DNA of 64,000 bases from Desulfosudaceae bacterium (GCA_963674745.2 CAXXDV010000003.1:2400001-2464000); one strand, 5' to 3'; shown: positions 9,813 to 21,500, counted from the stretch's first letter. Notes: generated by a model from the letters alone, not told the origin. Made by a program: numbers and translations.

Positions 9813-9962
9813 TTTTTTTTACCCCCCTTGTTTTGTTGGCCCCCGGATGAACTCTTTTCTCAAGATATGATAGTTTACCTTAGGGTCGTTGGGCAAAAAA
9901 ACCGTCACCCACTAACACACAAAGAAACCGAAGAAACGCATAAAAGCATAGACGTCCCCATT
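9813..9962 (-). repeat. Cassette leader copy 3 (truncated by IS66)
   Basis: ttttttaccccccttgttttgttggcccccggatgaact...ggtcgttgggcaaaaaaaccgtcacccactaacacac...cataaaagcatagacgtcccc. Confidence 0.9.
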
Positions 9963-9969
9963 AGTCTTC

Positions 9970-10758
9970 CTATTTCTCCCCTAAATATTTCTGAGGCATT
10001 TCGTTAATATCCTTCCTAACGATTTCAATATTAAGGGGCAAAGCAGGCACTTTTATGCTGGACAATGACTTTAGTAAATCCTCTTTTAACTCACGTAATT
10101 TATTATATCTTGATAGGCTAACATTAAATAACAGCTTAGCTTCATCGTTACTATATATATCCGCTGAAGCATAATAATACCTCTTTCTTTCCATTTTATA
10201 TATCATGCAAGTAGCTTTGAGCGACTTAGAATCGATAATATACATACCAATTAATTTACCCACATTAAGGCTCATAAACTTAAAATGCTGATAGGTCCAT
10301 GCCTGTTTATTTTTATTTCTTGCATTAAAGATAGAGATATCGCTTGGGACCGATTTCAGAATCGCCGCTTTTTCTCGGAAGGAAGAGAAACTTATTGAGC
10401 CCCCGCCTTCAATTGTGTCTATCGATTCTTTTTTAGATCCGGTATATGAGACTATGAATGCACCTTTTTCAGAAAAGAAATAAACGCGATCCCCCTCACT
10501 AAATACTTTTTTATATTCCAACTTCGGAACTTTAAAGAAAAATCCGCCAATGTTTAACTCATTCCATTCTTCAGACGTTACGTTTACAGCACTCACACAG
10601 ATTGGAGTTACGCTTAATTGTTCATTTATGTAATCACCAAGCGTTCTCTTGACATGCCAGTTATATTGTAAAACAGGGAAAAAATACCAGATAGAGGCAG
10701 TCAATACGATAGATAGCACCAATGAGAGGCTGATGAACTTTTGATGTTTTATTTCCAT
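9970..10758 (-). CDS. Membrane-anchored hypothetical protein, partner of orphan CT 10832-11407
   Basis: 262-aa AT-rich ORF with an N-terminal TM, directly downstream of the CT. Confidence 0.65.
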   Translation of the reverse strand: MEIKHQKFISLSLVLSIVLTASIWYFFPVLQYNWHVKRTLGDYINEQLSVTPICVSAVNVTSEEWNELNIGGFFFKVPKLEYKKVFSEGDRVYFFSEKGAFIVSYTGSKKESIDTIEGGGSISFSSFREKAAILKSVPSDISIFNARNKNKQAWTYQHFKFMSLNVGKLIGMYIIDSKSLKATCMIYKMERKRYYYASADIYSNDEAKLLFNVSLSRYNKLRELKEDLLKSLSSIKVPALPLNIEIVRKDINEMPQKYLGEK

Positions 10759-10831
10759 AGGATTATTAGCCTAAAATACAACAATACATTTATTGCAAAA
10801 CCGTGACGCAAAATAATGTTATTGCCTTGTT

Positions 10832-11407
10832 TTATTCACAACCAAAAGATTTATATAACTCTTGCGGGAATTCAAAACCCTTTCCTGCTTGGCATTCTGA
10901 CAAAGATTTAACACATTTTTCTCGACATCCTTGTTCATCAAAAGGCGCACTATTATCTAAATAAGCGTAACAACTTCCTTTTGCATTTCTACAGTTCTCG
11001 TTGCATGTTTGTTCAGCAATCATACATGTTGAGGAACGAGACCAAGGCACCTTTGATCCCGCCTTGCAAGCCTTCTCCTGTATTCTCATACTATTACATT
11101 CAGGTGCTTCAGGCACTTCGGACTCCGATGAGTCTTCCTCCTCTTTTTGTTCCTCAAGCCATGGTAAATACTCTAGTTCATATTCAGGTGGCATTAGACA
11201 AGAGGCCCCCCCATTTGCAGTCGGCACACATGTATCTAACCCTAATTGATCAAAGTATCGATTGGGATTATTTAACGCATATAAAAACAAATTAACACCA
11301 CTTGTTAACCCTATCGGATCAACCCTCAGATACCTCCCCGTCTCCGGATCATAGTACCGCCACATATTATAATGCAGCCCCATCTCCTCATCGTAGTATT
11401 GGCCCGG
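10832..11407 (-). pseudogene. Orphan Rhs core + Cys-rich C-terminal domain (cassette 4)
   Basis: PGQYYDEEMGLHYNMWRYYDPETGRYLRVDPIG...NNPNRYFDQLGL then a Cys-rich tail. Confidence 0.85.
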
Positions 11408-11908
11408 ATATATTCTGATGCGAGTCCCCCATAAAGACCTGTTTTTTACCCCCCTTGTTTTGTTGGCCCCCGGATGAACTTCTTTTTAAAGATATGACAA
11501 TTTACCTTTCAAATCAAATGGTCTGTGGCAGTTAAAAAAGAAAACAAATCGGGTGAAAGCGGCTCCAGTATGCCGGAGATGATCTGCTGCCATTTTCTGG
11601 GCAGGCCGGTGTAGATGGTTTTCAGCCGTTTACGACGAGCTTCGTATTCCAGGCAAATATTTTGTACGGCAGGACTCGAAGCCACGGCGGAACAAACATC
11701 ACAACCACCTTACCCGCACGGCTACAGGCGAGGTCGGCCGGCAGAATGGGTGCGCTTCAGGGGGCGTTTTTTTGACCATAAGATTGATCTGCTTCCTTAT
11801 GGTCGTTGGGCAAAAAAACCGTCACCCACTAACACACAAAGAAACCGAAGAAACGCATAAAAAGATAAACGTCCCCATTATCCCTTTGCAAATGTAAAAG
11901 GCGTCCCC
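11408..11908 (-). repeat. Cassette leader copy 4 with a 290-bp insertion
   Basis: Same leader blocks; extra DNA between CCTT at 11505-11508 and CCTT at 11795-11798; end motifs at 11849-11876 and 11890-11908. Confidence 0.85.
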
Positions 11909-11920
11909 AACTTTACAACT

Positions 11921-12265
11921 TTACGTTGGACTAAGTAATCCCATTAAAGAAACAGCAATAAGTAAAATAACTACCACGGCTCTAACATAAGCTCCCATAT
12001 TCTTAAAAAGAACAAAAGGGGGTAGCCATAACCATATTTTTGAATTTATCCCGTCACCAATCATTAACCATAAAGCTAATACAATGCAGAACATCATTTC
12101 AAAAACGTCAAAACAATGCGACTCATAAACCCCTAATAAGAGAATATGTTTATCACGCACAAACCAGTACGAAACAATACAGATTGTAGGATATAAAATG
12201 AAGATTAACATCATTACCACAACCAATGCTTCTAAAGTTGTAGATAAGGCAAGACTCTTTTTCAT
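11921..12265 (-). CDS. Small multi-TM protein, probable cognate partner/immunity of full-length Rhs
   Basis: 114 aa with about 3 hydrophobic segments; first listed ORF downstream of the Rhs gene. Confidence 0.6.
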   Translation of the reverse strand: MKKSLALSTTLEALVVVMMLIFILYPTICIVSYWFVRDKHILLLGVYESHCFDVFEMMFCIVLALWLMIGDGINSKIWLWLPPFVLFKNMGAYVRAVVVILLIAVSLMGLLSPT

Positions 12266-12586
12266 TGTTTAGAGGTACTCCGCTATTAGTGTCCAATTAA
12301 CCTATTCATAAGTCGTATAAATTTTTCTAAGCAAAAGGATGTGCTTCACGAAATCAATATTTAACAATCGACGTCTGTGACACAGTGTTAGAAACGCGAT
12401 AACTTCAAATCTAGATCGCAATAACCGTTAACATCTGGTTGCCATTACCAAAACAGATTACAATAAAAGTTAATCTTCAAAACAATTTGGCATTAAAGAA
12501 ATACCTATTTTACAAACATTCACAAATCACACTTACAAAAGGAAAATTAATAATGGCCCCATCGTTTAAATTTATCCGCATCTGCT

Positions 12587-15500
12587 CTATGAATAATTCG
12601 TGCCCTCTTTAAGCGACCAATGGCCGGTTGTCGTCATAGCGCCAAGATCAAGCCCTTTACTCCATCCTTTGAATCTTAAATAAGCTTGCGGGGTGTTGAC
12701 CCAGAGATGGCCATAACTCGAGCGGACACCTACCCCCCAAGAAGTTGCTCGTCCAAAACCAACGTGCTCCTTTAAAGAGATACAAGGCGTATCAAACCAC
12801 TGACCATCTCCAGATACAATAAAAGTTGGTACATTCTTAAATGAAAAGCCTATCCCTATTCCTACATATTGATAATCACTTCCCTGTATACAACATCTCT
12901 CTGGGTCTGCACGGAGCTCAGCATTAATTACCACACCGCCTGTTTCAATCGTAGCGCCGATAACAGAAACGATAGTCAGCCGCCATCTATCACAGTAACC
13001 GGCTTCACATAGGCCTAAAGAATCAATATTATTTATACTATTATTTGAGGCATAGGCAAAAATACTACTTCCTTTATCCGAATCAACCGGATCAACCCTC
13101 AAATACCTCCCCGTCTCCGGATCATAGTACCGCCACATATTATAATGCAGCCCCGTCTCCTCATCGTAGTATTGGCCCGGGAACCTCAGGTTGTTCTCAA
13201 CCGTATCAACCTCAACCGTTGCCTCCCCAAAGCTACTGTACTTCGCACTCCAGACCACAGCCCCGTTACTTGATGTCAGCTTCTGCGGTGTACCCAAGTG
13301 ATCATTGTGGTAGAAGAAGTAAGTACCACTTTCTCTCATGAACAAAGGATCGGTTCCCCAGGTGCCACCCGGCTGCCAGCCGTAGGTTTTATCCACATTA
13401 CCGTAAGAATCAATTTCAGCTACCAGACCTTCATCACTGTAATGATAGTAAGTCGTGGTACTTCCGACGGTCTTGCTTAATCTTCTGCCAAAGGGATCGT
13501 AATAATAACTGGCAATCAAATTATTCGAGTCGTCTCTGACTTCAGTAAGCCGGTCTTCTACATTGTAGACGTAATTTGTGACAACTCCAGCAACCGTCTT
13601 TTTGATGGTGTTGCCGTTGTCGTCGTACTCGTAAACAGCGTCCCCGGTTGAGTCGGAGGATGACTGAAGTTCGTTGTTGAAATTATAATCCCAATCACTG
13701 GTGCTATCCTCTGTGGTCAAGCGGTTGCCCACGTTATCGTAAGTAAACTCCTCGTCAGTCAGACCGGCGGCTTCGGGGTTGTCAACATCCGTCAACCGGT
13801 GCAGGGCATCATATTCATACCCATAATCCCCGTGCTCGGTGGCTTTGGAAGTGATGTTGTCCATTGTGTCATAGGTGTAGTCATAATTCAACAGGTCGTT
13901 TCCGCCCGGATCTTTGCCGATGATCTGTTTTATCCGCATCAAGGGATCATATTCAAAGGCCCTGGCACCGCCGCCGGGCAGGGTAAAGCCGGCCGGCCGG
14001 TTCCAGTTATAGCCGTTGACGGTCAAAAATCCAATGCCGGCGGGCATCTGAACCCCGGCCAGGCGATTGGCCGTATCATACATGTAGGTGTAAGTGACGT
14101 TGTCCGGGCCGGTAAAGGTTTTTTTAAGGCCGTTTTTTAGATGGGTGTAAGTATTGGTCCAGCTATAAGAGCCGTAAGTAACGGTCTCGCTGGTCTTTCG
14201 GCCGGCGTTGTCGTAGACATACACAGCAGATGTCGTACCGTCATTGTAACCGTCGAGATTACCCGCATCATCATAGGTGAAGCTGACGGTCTTGACCAGG
14301 GTGAGCGATGCGTCATAATAACGGGTTTCATCCAACTGGCCGGCATTATTATAGTCATATTCGGTTTTCTGGTCTTTGGCATCGATCTTTTCGATCAGGT
14401 TGCCCATCAAGTCATAATCATAAGTCGTTATTTCACCTTCGGGCCGGGTCTCTTTAGCCAGCCGGTTGTTGCCGTCATATGCAAACGCGGTGGTATTGCC
14501 CTGGGCATCGGTCAAAGAAGTCATATTATCGCGGTTGTCATAGGCATATGCCGTCTGCCCCTGGTTTGGATCCGTTACCCGGACCAGCCGGTTCAAGGCA
14601 TCGTATTCATAATACGTGATCTGGTTATCTTTGTCTGTTTTTTCGATCAGGTTGCCGGCCGGATCGTATACAAACCGGGTTTCTAAAGTTTCCCCCTCGG
14701 GAACAATCACCTGCTCGGCGATTTTTCTATTGCGTTCGTCATAGACAAAGGCTTTTTCAAAAGTGGGATAAGTGACGCTGATGGGTTGGTCGGCCGTGCC
14801 GCCACACGATGTACAGCCGCCTTCCGAGCTGACGGGATCATACTCGGTGACGATTTCATTGCCGGCAGGATCGATGGTTTTAACCCTTCGGCCGCGAGAA
14901 TCGTAGGCATATTCTGTGATAGCGCCCTCAGAATCAATCATCTTCACCAGTTTGTTGTCAAAGCCGTATTCAAAGGTGGTAATAATATCTTTTGAAGCGT
15001 CGGCCGGGTCCATGACCACGGTCTGCTTGATCATGTTGCCGAGCATATCATATTCAAACAGGGTTTCGGTTAAATCCGGGGCGATCTGCTTTGTCTTTCT
15101 CCCGCCAAAATCATACTCATACCGGGTAACTTTGTGTTCGGGATCTTCGGCGGTAAGCAAATTACCCATAGCATCATACGTATATGTCCAGACCAGGTCA
15201 TCACCATCAGGGTTTTCAACGGTTTTGGTCAGCACATTACCCATGATGTCATGGATAAAACGGGTGGTGACCGCCTCTCCTTCGGCATCGGTGGTGATGG
15301 AAGTCTGGTTGCCGTCGGGATCATAGGTCATGGTGGTAACAATATCAGACGTGCCCAGGATACGGGTTTCAATCAGGTGGCCGTTATTGTAAACGTATTG
15401 GGTGGTCCGCTCTTCGGTTGTGCCCACGGCCTCGGTTTTGCTGGCCCGGTTGCCCTGACTGTCATAGGTATACGCGGTAACAATACCGTTTTCATCAGTC

Positions 15501-18500
15501 TCCCTGATCAACCGGTTCAAGTCGCGCTCATATTGACGGGTGATAAAGGAACCGTCCGGGTACACTTCTTTGATCCGGTTGCCCCATTCATCCTCATACC
15601 GGGTGGTGGTATGGCCGTTCTGGATAATCCGGGTGATGCGGCCCTCTTTTTCCACTCTGAACTGGGTTTCACCGTTGATATCCACCCGCCGGGTATCACC
15701 GTCGGCGTCAAACCAGGATTCCTTGATCTGACCGGAGGTATCGGAAACAGAAGCGTAATATTCTTTTCTGTCTTCAAAATAGTTATAGCCGAATTGTTTG
15801 CTCTCACCATTGATATCGGTAACCGATTTGACCATATTAAAATCGTTGTAGGTGATGGTGTAGGTGGGATCGTCTGTGGCTATATTGATTTGCTTGTTGG
15901 CCGGCAGCCAGACGTTTGTCAGCTTGCCTTCGGCATCATAACCATAGCCGTAAATCATCCGGCTTTCACCTGTATCGCTGACAGAAACAACGGTCTCCAG
16001 CCATCCCTCAGGGGTATAGGTATAGAGCACTTCCCGGTCATAATCGTCCGAAATCCGGATAATCCGGCCGGCCGTGTCATGGTCCAGCCACAGATACTGC
16101 TGGTTGTTTTTATCGGCCAATCCGGCCAGGTAATCACCATTATAAATCAGGTGACGCTGGGGCCCCTTGGCGTCTCCCACCTCGGTCAGACGGCCCTGTT
16201 CGTCGTAAATTTTGTAATCTCCGAACCGGCTCTGCCAGACGAACGTGCCGTCCATCTGCTGGATGATTTTAAAGCTGTTGTTGGTAAACATGGCCAGTGT
16301 GCCGGGGACGACGACGGAACTTTTTTCATATTTAATACCGTCTTTATCGATACTGTCGACCAGCTCGCCGGCATATTCGAGTTCCAGGTCGTACCTGGAC
16401 AGGCCCCAGTCCCATTTTTTGTCGCTGTATTTCCGGGTCAGCTTGAACAGACCGCCGGGCACCTGGATTGACAGGTCAGTATCGTCCCGGTTGTAGGTCT
16501 GGTTCAGCAAATCGACCCCGGAGCCGGTGATGACAAAACGGTGCTTTCTGGTAAAGTCCATTTTCTTGATACAGGACTCGCCGTCCGGATCGGAGCAATT
16601 GGCCGGCGGCGCGCACAGGGCCGCAGTATCCCCGTCGGGCATCAGTTCGTCCATAAACTCCTCAAAATCCTGCTCGATCAATTCCTTGGCTTTATCGAGG
16701 CCCGGGGGATTGTCCGTCGGGACAATCACACAGGTCTGAGTGGCGGGATCGTATTCGACACACACATCCCACTCGGCACAGGATTCAAAACTGGCTTCGG
16801 TTACAACCCCGTTGGCGCATTCAAAGGTATAATCACCTTCTCCACAGATCTTGTTGTGCGCGCAGCACTGTTTCCCGCCAGTACCATCCTGCCCTTCATC
16901 CGCGCCCGGTTTCATGAGGCAGGTAATGCGATAGGGCACCGTAACAACCTGATGGGGCAGAATGCTTTCGGGCACGCCGATGTATTCGACCTGAAAATAT
17001 TTATTACTGACATCGTTCAGACCGACTTCGTCCGCCCGGATCAGGCCGTGGTTGGTCAGGGTTATTTCACCGTTCATGACATCGCCCGTATTCATGTCGT
17101 CGGGGATGTTGATGACGGCCGGGTCGGCCACGACAACCGCGGCCGGGACATTTGTCTCGAAAGTGGCGTTATAAATAATCTCGTATTTGTCGGCAATGGT
17201 GGTTTCCACGACTTCCCACTCAACCGTGACCAGCTGATTGGGGAGAAACACCTCATGTGCCCGGGTGATGCCGGGTTTTACCCAGACCCGGCCGGCCAGC
17301 TCCTGATGGTTATCAGACCTGACCCGGTAGCGGTAACTGCCGACCGGCAGTTCCTGGGACATGGCTTCGCCCTGGGCATCGGTGGTCAGGGTCTCGTCAT
17401 CCCCGGTAGCCTCATTCTGCAGCAGGATTCTGGCATTGGCCAGGCCGTAAATCGGCTCGTTATATTCATCCAGGGTACCGGTATAGATATCGCTGACATG
17501 AAACAGCACCCGCCCGGTAACATCCGTGGTAACGGTAACGCTGAAGGGGACTTTCACGGTCGCATGGTTCAAGCTGGTGATTTTAAGATAAAAAGAAAGT
17601 ATGTCAGGCGTAAAATCGGCGGGCGGGGACAAAACAATGTCTACCTTTGACGTGTCGCCCGGGGCGATGGCGCTGATCTGGGTGGACGAGGCAATATAGA
17701 TCCACTCGGGCGCCTGGCTGCCGACAGCATCTGTATTGATCACGGACAGGATAAGCCCCTCCATGTCGGCATAGCCTTTGTTCTCCAGCGTGACGGATTC
17801 GGTGGCCGTGGAACCCGCATTGAGGCCCGCCTGGATAAAGTCGGGTGTCACCCACAGGGACGGCCGGGAATCGACCAGAGAAAGTTCAACATCCAGGGTG
17901 GTCCAGCCACCGGCGGGGCTTTCGTCGCTGACCAGGCGCAGGGTAAACTCAACATCGGCAGGGCTGTCGCCTTCAACCGTAAAAGAGACCTGGCCCGATT
18001 CATCCGAAATGGTGATGGGATCGCCGCAGATCACGGTTACGCCGGACGGGAGGGTACCATCGACCTCAAACCGCAGGTTGGTGGCGGTGGTAGCGCTGCC
18101 GGCAGTGGCCGCAATGGTCACGGTATGTCCATTCCCCCTGGGGACGGTCAGTTTATAGGAAGAATACTGCAGGTTGACCCGGCTGATGACAAAGGTGTCC
18201 TGCACGGGCCGTTCGGTCAGGTCGGGATGAACGGCGCAGACCTGAAAGGTACCGGCATCGCCGGTGGTGGGCGTAAACAGGTATTCAAAAAGACCGTTAT
18301 CATCGGTATATACCTCGGCCGTCCGTTCAAACCCGTTATTGGAAATCACCACGGTCAGGGGAACGCCGGACAAAAGGACGGGATTGGCCTCGGTTCCCCG
18401 CTCCACGGCCCGGCCGGAGATGGTGATGTCCGTGTCGCCGGTGGCGTTTGCCGGTGTCACCGAGGTGACTTCGCCGATATATGAGGTTTCCGTCAGGGTC

Positions 18501-21500
18501 ACGGGTTTGGACGTACGCATTTCGCCCATGATGACCTGGTCGTCCCGGTTGAGGTGAAAGTATATATGGGCGATGGACAGTATTGCTGTCAGGTTATCCG
18601 GGACGTTGGCCGTCACGGGCAGAACGATGGGATCGGACTCGAATGTCTCGCCCGGGGGTATGCGGACCACGCTGGTGCCGTCGGTCAGGGTGACCACCAT
18701 GGAACCGGTGGCGCATTGGAAATTCTGTGTCGCGACGGGAAGGCCGTCTTCATCTTCCAGGGTGAGGACGATTTCGTCGGAGGGATCGTCACCGGAATTG
18801 CGGGCGCTGACGATTTCGATTTCCTCGGCGCAGGTGTTTTCCAGGCTGAACCTGGCCGCACCTTCGCCACCGCGGGTAAAGGTTTCCGTGGTCAGGCGCA
18901 GGCCCAGCAGACCGTCGCCCACGTCAATCCGGCCGTTTCGGACAATCCGGATGGTTTCATTGTCATCTTCGGTAATTTCGATGGTGGTGGTGATTTCAGC
19001 CAGATCGGGCAAATTTTCATAACCACCGATAATAACGGCAACATCCCTGCTTTCCCCGGCTGCAAGCGAGATCGGAAGAGACTGATGGGATTTTACCGTG
19101 ACGTCGTCATTCAACACGACATCGACCTTAAGCCTGATATTATCGATATCGCCGCCGGAATGGTTACTGACCGTGTAGTTCAGCCCGTTCATGATACCGC
19201 GATCGATCCGGGCGCTTTCTGCCATAGCGGCGGTCACCAGCGGCAGGGTGATGACACGGTCCAGGCTCTCGACCCCGGAGGCGTTCTCCGTCGTCACGGT
19301 ATAGGTACGCTGGTCTTCAGCATAACCCGTATCGGTATAGGTATTGGTGGTAATCAGGGCAGCGTTGAGCGGCTGTTTGTTCGGTTCTTCGCCCAGGTAG
19401 ATATTACACCCGGCAATGGTTCCGGTGGTGGTCCAGGTAATAACCGGATCGGACAGGTCTTCCTGGACGATGTCGATCGAGGTGACCGGCAGCAGGCCGG
19501 GATCCAGGTATTCGTTATTGGACGGTGTGGACAAATTGCCGGCCGCGTCCACGGCCACGATCACGTAGTTGTGCTCGGTCAAGGAGGGGTTGGGATCGAT
19601 GATCGAATTCATGTTCAACGGGATCCCCTGCCTCACAGGTTGCAGGCCCGTGACCGAGGATATTTCGCCGGCGGCCCTGTAAAGAGAGAACGTCACCTGA
19701 TCGGTACCGGTAAAACTCCAGTCGACCTGGATCCCGTTTGGCGTCAGGGTCAATGGCAACAGTGTGGGCTGAACCGGGATGACGGAATCCGAGTTGACGC
19801 TTTGCGCCAGAATTCGCTGATCACTTTCTCCGGTCTCCTCGTTTTCCGTTCTGAGGCTGGTAACGGCATAGTAATAATCTCCGTCCGTGCCGGGCTGGTC
19901 CGTATAGGTCGTTATTCCCGAAGCGACTTCATCAATCTCTGCCAGCGAACCGGTTGTTGTACCCCGATAAATCCTGTAGCCGGAAGCATTTTCCACCGCG
20001 TCCCAGGTAAGTTCAATTTGACCGGCGGGCAGAGCGGTTGCGTTCAGACCGTCGGGCCTTTCCAGCGCCGGCAGGTCGCCCTGATAGACCTCAAAGGCGT
20101 TATCCGCGATGATGATATCTCCGACATTACCCAGGGCGTCAATTCCCGCAAAAGAAAAGAACAGGTCTTCATAATCGGCTGATACCGCCAGTGCCGGCAG
20201 GGTAAACGTTACCTGCCAGGTCTGGACATCGTCCGACTGGGGGGGAACGATTTCATCCGGAACATTCGTCGGGTAAAACGTTTCCGGGGCACCGGAAAGC
20301 GCCCATTCGAATACCGGATAATCGTCTTCACCGCTTTGCGCGACCGGTTCATCCAGACCAAAAACAGCCGTAATCATCACGGGATTGTTGTTATCAATCG
20401 GTACCGCCGGGAACACATCCAGCCGGACCACTTCCGGCCCACGGGCATCGACCAGGATCGACTGATATTCTGTCGGCACGTAGGTGCCGCGGTTGCCGAC
20501 CTTGTCCCGGGCGGAAAATACAGCATAGGTTTCCCCTGAGATTGTACCCGGTTCGATAATAAAATAACCGGTATATTCCGTGTCTGACAATTTGGTCAGG
20601 TCAACCGGTATGAGCACACCGCCGTCAGGCACCATGCTGAAAAACGGCGTGGTCAGAAGGGGTTCACTGACCACCAGCGTCACGTCCACCCGGCCGGGGC
20701 CGAAGGCGCCGTTGTCGGGGTTAACCGGTCCCTGGGGCGTATAGGTTATTTCGAGTGCCTCCGGATCGGTGTCATCGGTTTGAACTTCCACCTGGTTGGA
20801 CAGGGCGCTTTTCGTACCCAGGCTGTTGACGGACGTAATCCGGTAATAATAAAGGCCTTCGTCCGGTGTATCGAGAAACTGAAGAGTGGTCACCGGCACC
20901 GCGTTAACCTTGATTGTTCCGCTGATTGCGTCAAACGGCGCGGTATGGCGGTAAACATTATACCCGGACAGATCACTGGCAGCGCAATTCCAGGTCAAGC
21001 GGGCTTTTCCGTCTTCAAGTGGCGTGGCGGTCAAATGCATGGGCGCGTCCGGGATATCCGTATTCAGAATGACGCTTATGGTATTGCTGTCAACACTCTG
21101 GCCGGCGCGATTGGCCGCCCTGGCTTTGACATTATTTGTTCCTTCGACAGGAAGAGTGGCATTGCCGGAAAAATTGCCGGTCGCCCCGGTTATGGCGGTT
21201 TCCTGCTGGGCAGTGCCGTTGACGTAAAAGGTTATGGTCGAAAGGGGCTCGGCAGTTCCCTTGACGGTTACAACACTCTGGTTGGTGGCATACCCATTAG
21301 ACGGGCTGGTGAATACGGGCGCGTCTGGCGCCGGCAGCGCGACGACAAAATTATAATCCGTAGTCGCTGTGTTGCCGATGGTGTCGTAAACCGTCACCTC
21401 CAGGGTATATGTTTTGTTTTCGATATCTGGGGCCAGCAGGTCAATATTACAGGTATAGACCGATGAATAATCCGTGGCCTGAACAACGGTTGCACTGCCG

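Noticed and set aside
11378..11395. ATG start making orphan cassette 4 independently expressed
   Set aside because: A single ACG>ATG change; the GAGGAG lies directly against the codon and encodes the conserved EE, so it is unlikely to be a functional RBS.
11615..11860. ORFs across leaders (also 3586..3849, 6140..6352)
   Set aside because: They are antisense to the array, and the frames are not conserved among leader copies because of indels.
3757..11908. Classical integron attC sites
   Set aside because: GCCCAAC matches RYYYAAC, but I found no properly spaced partner GTTRRRY or L boxes, and no tyrosine integrase is in the window.
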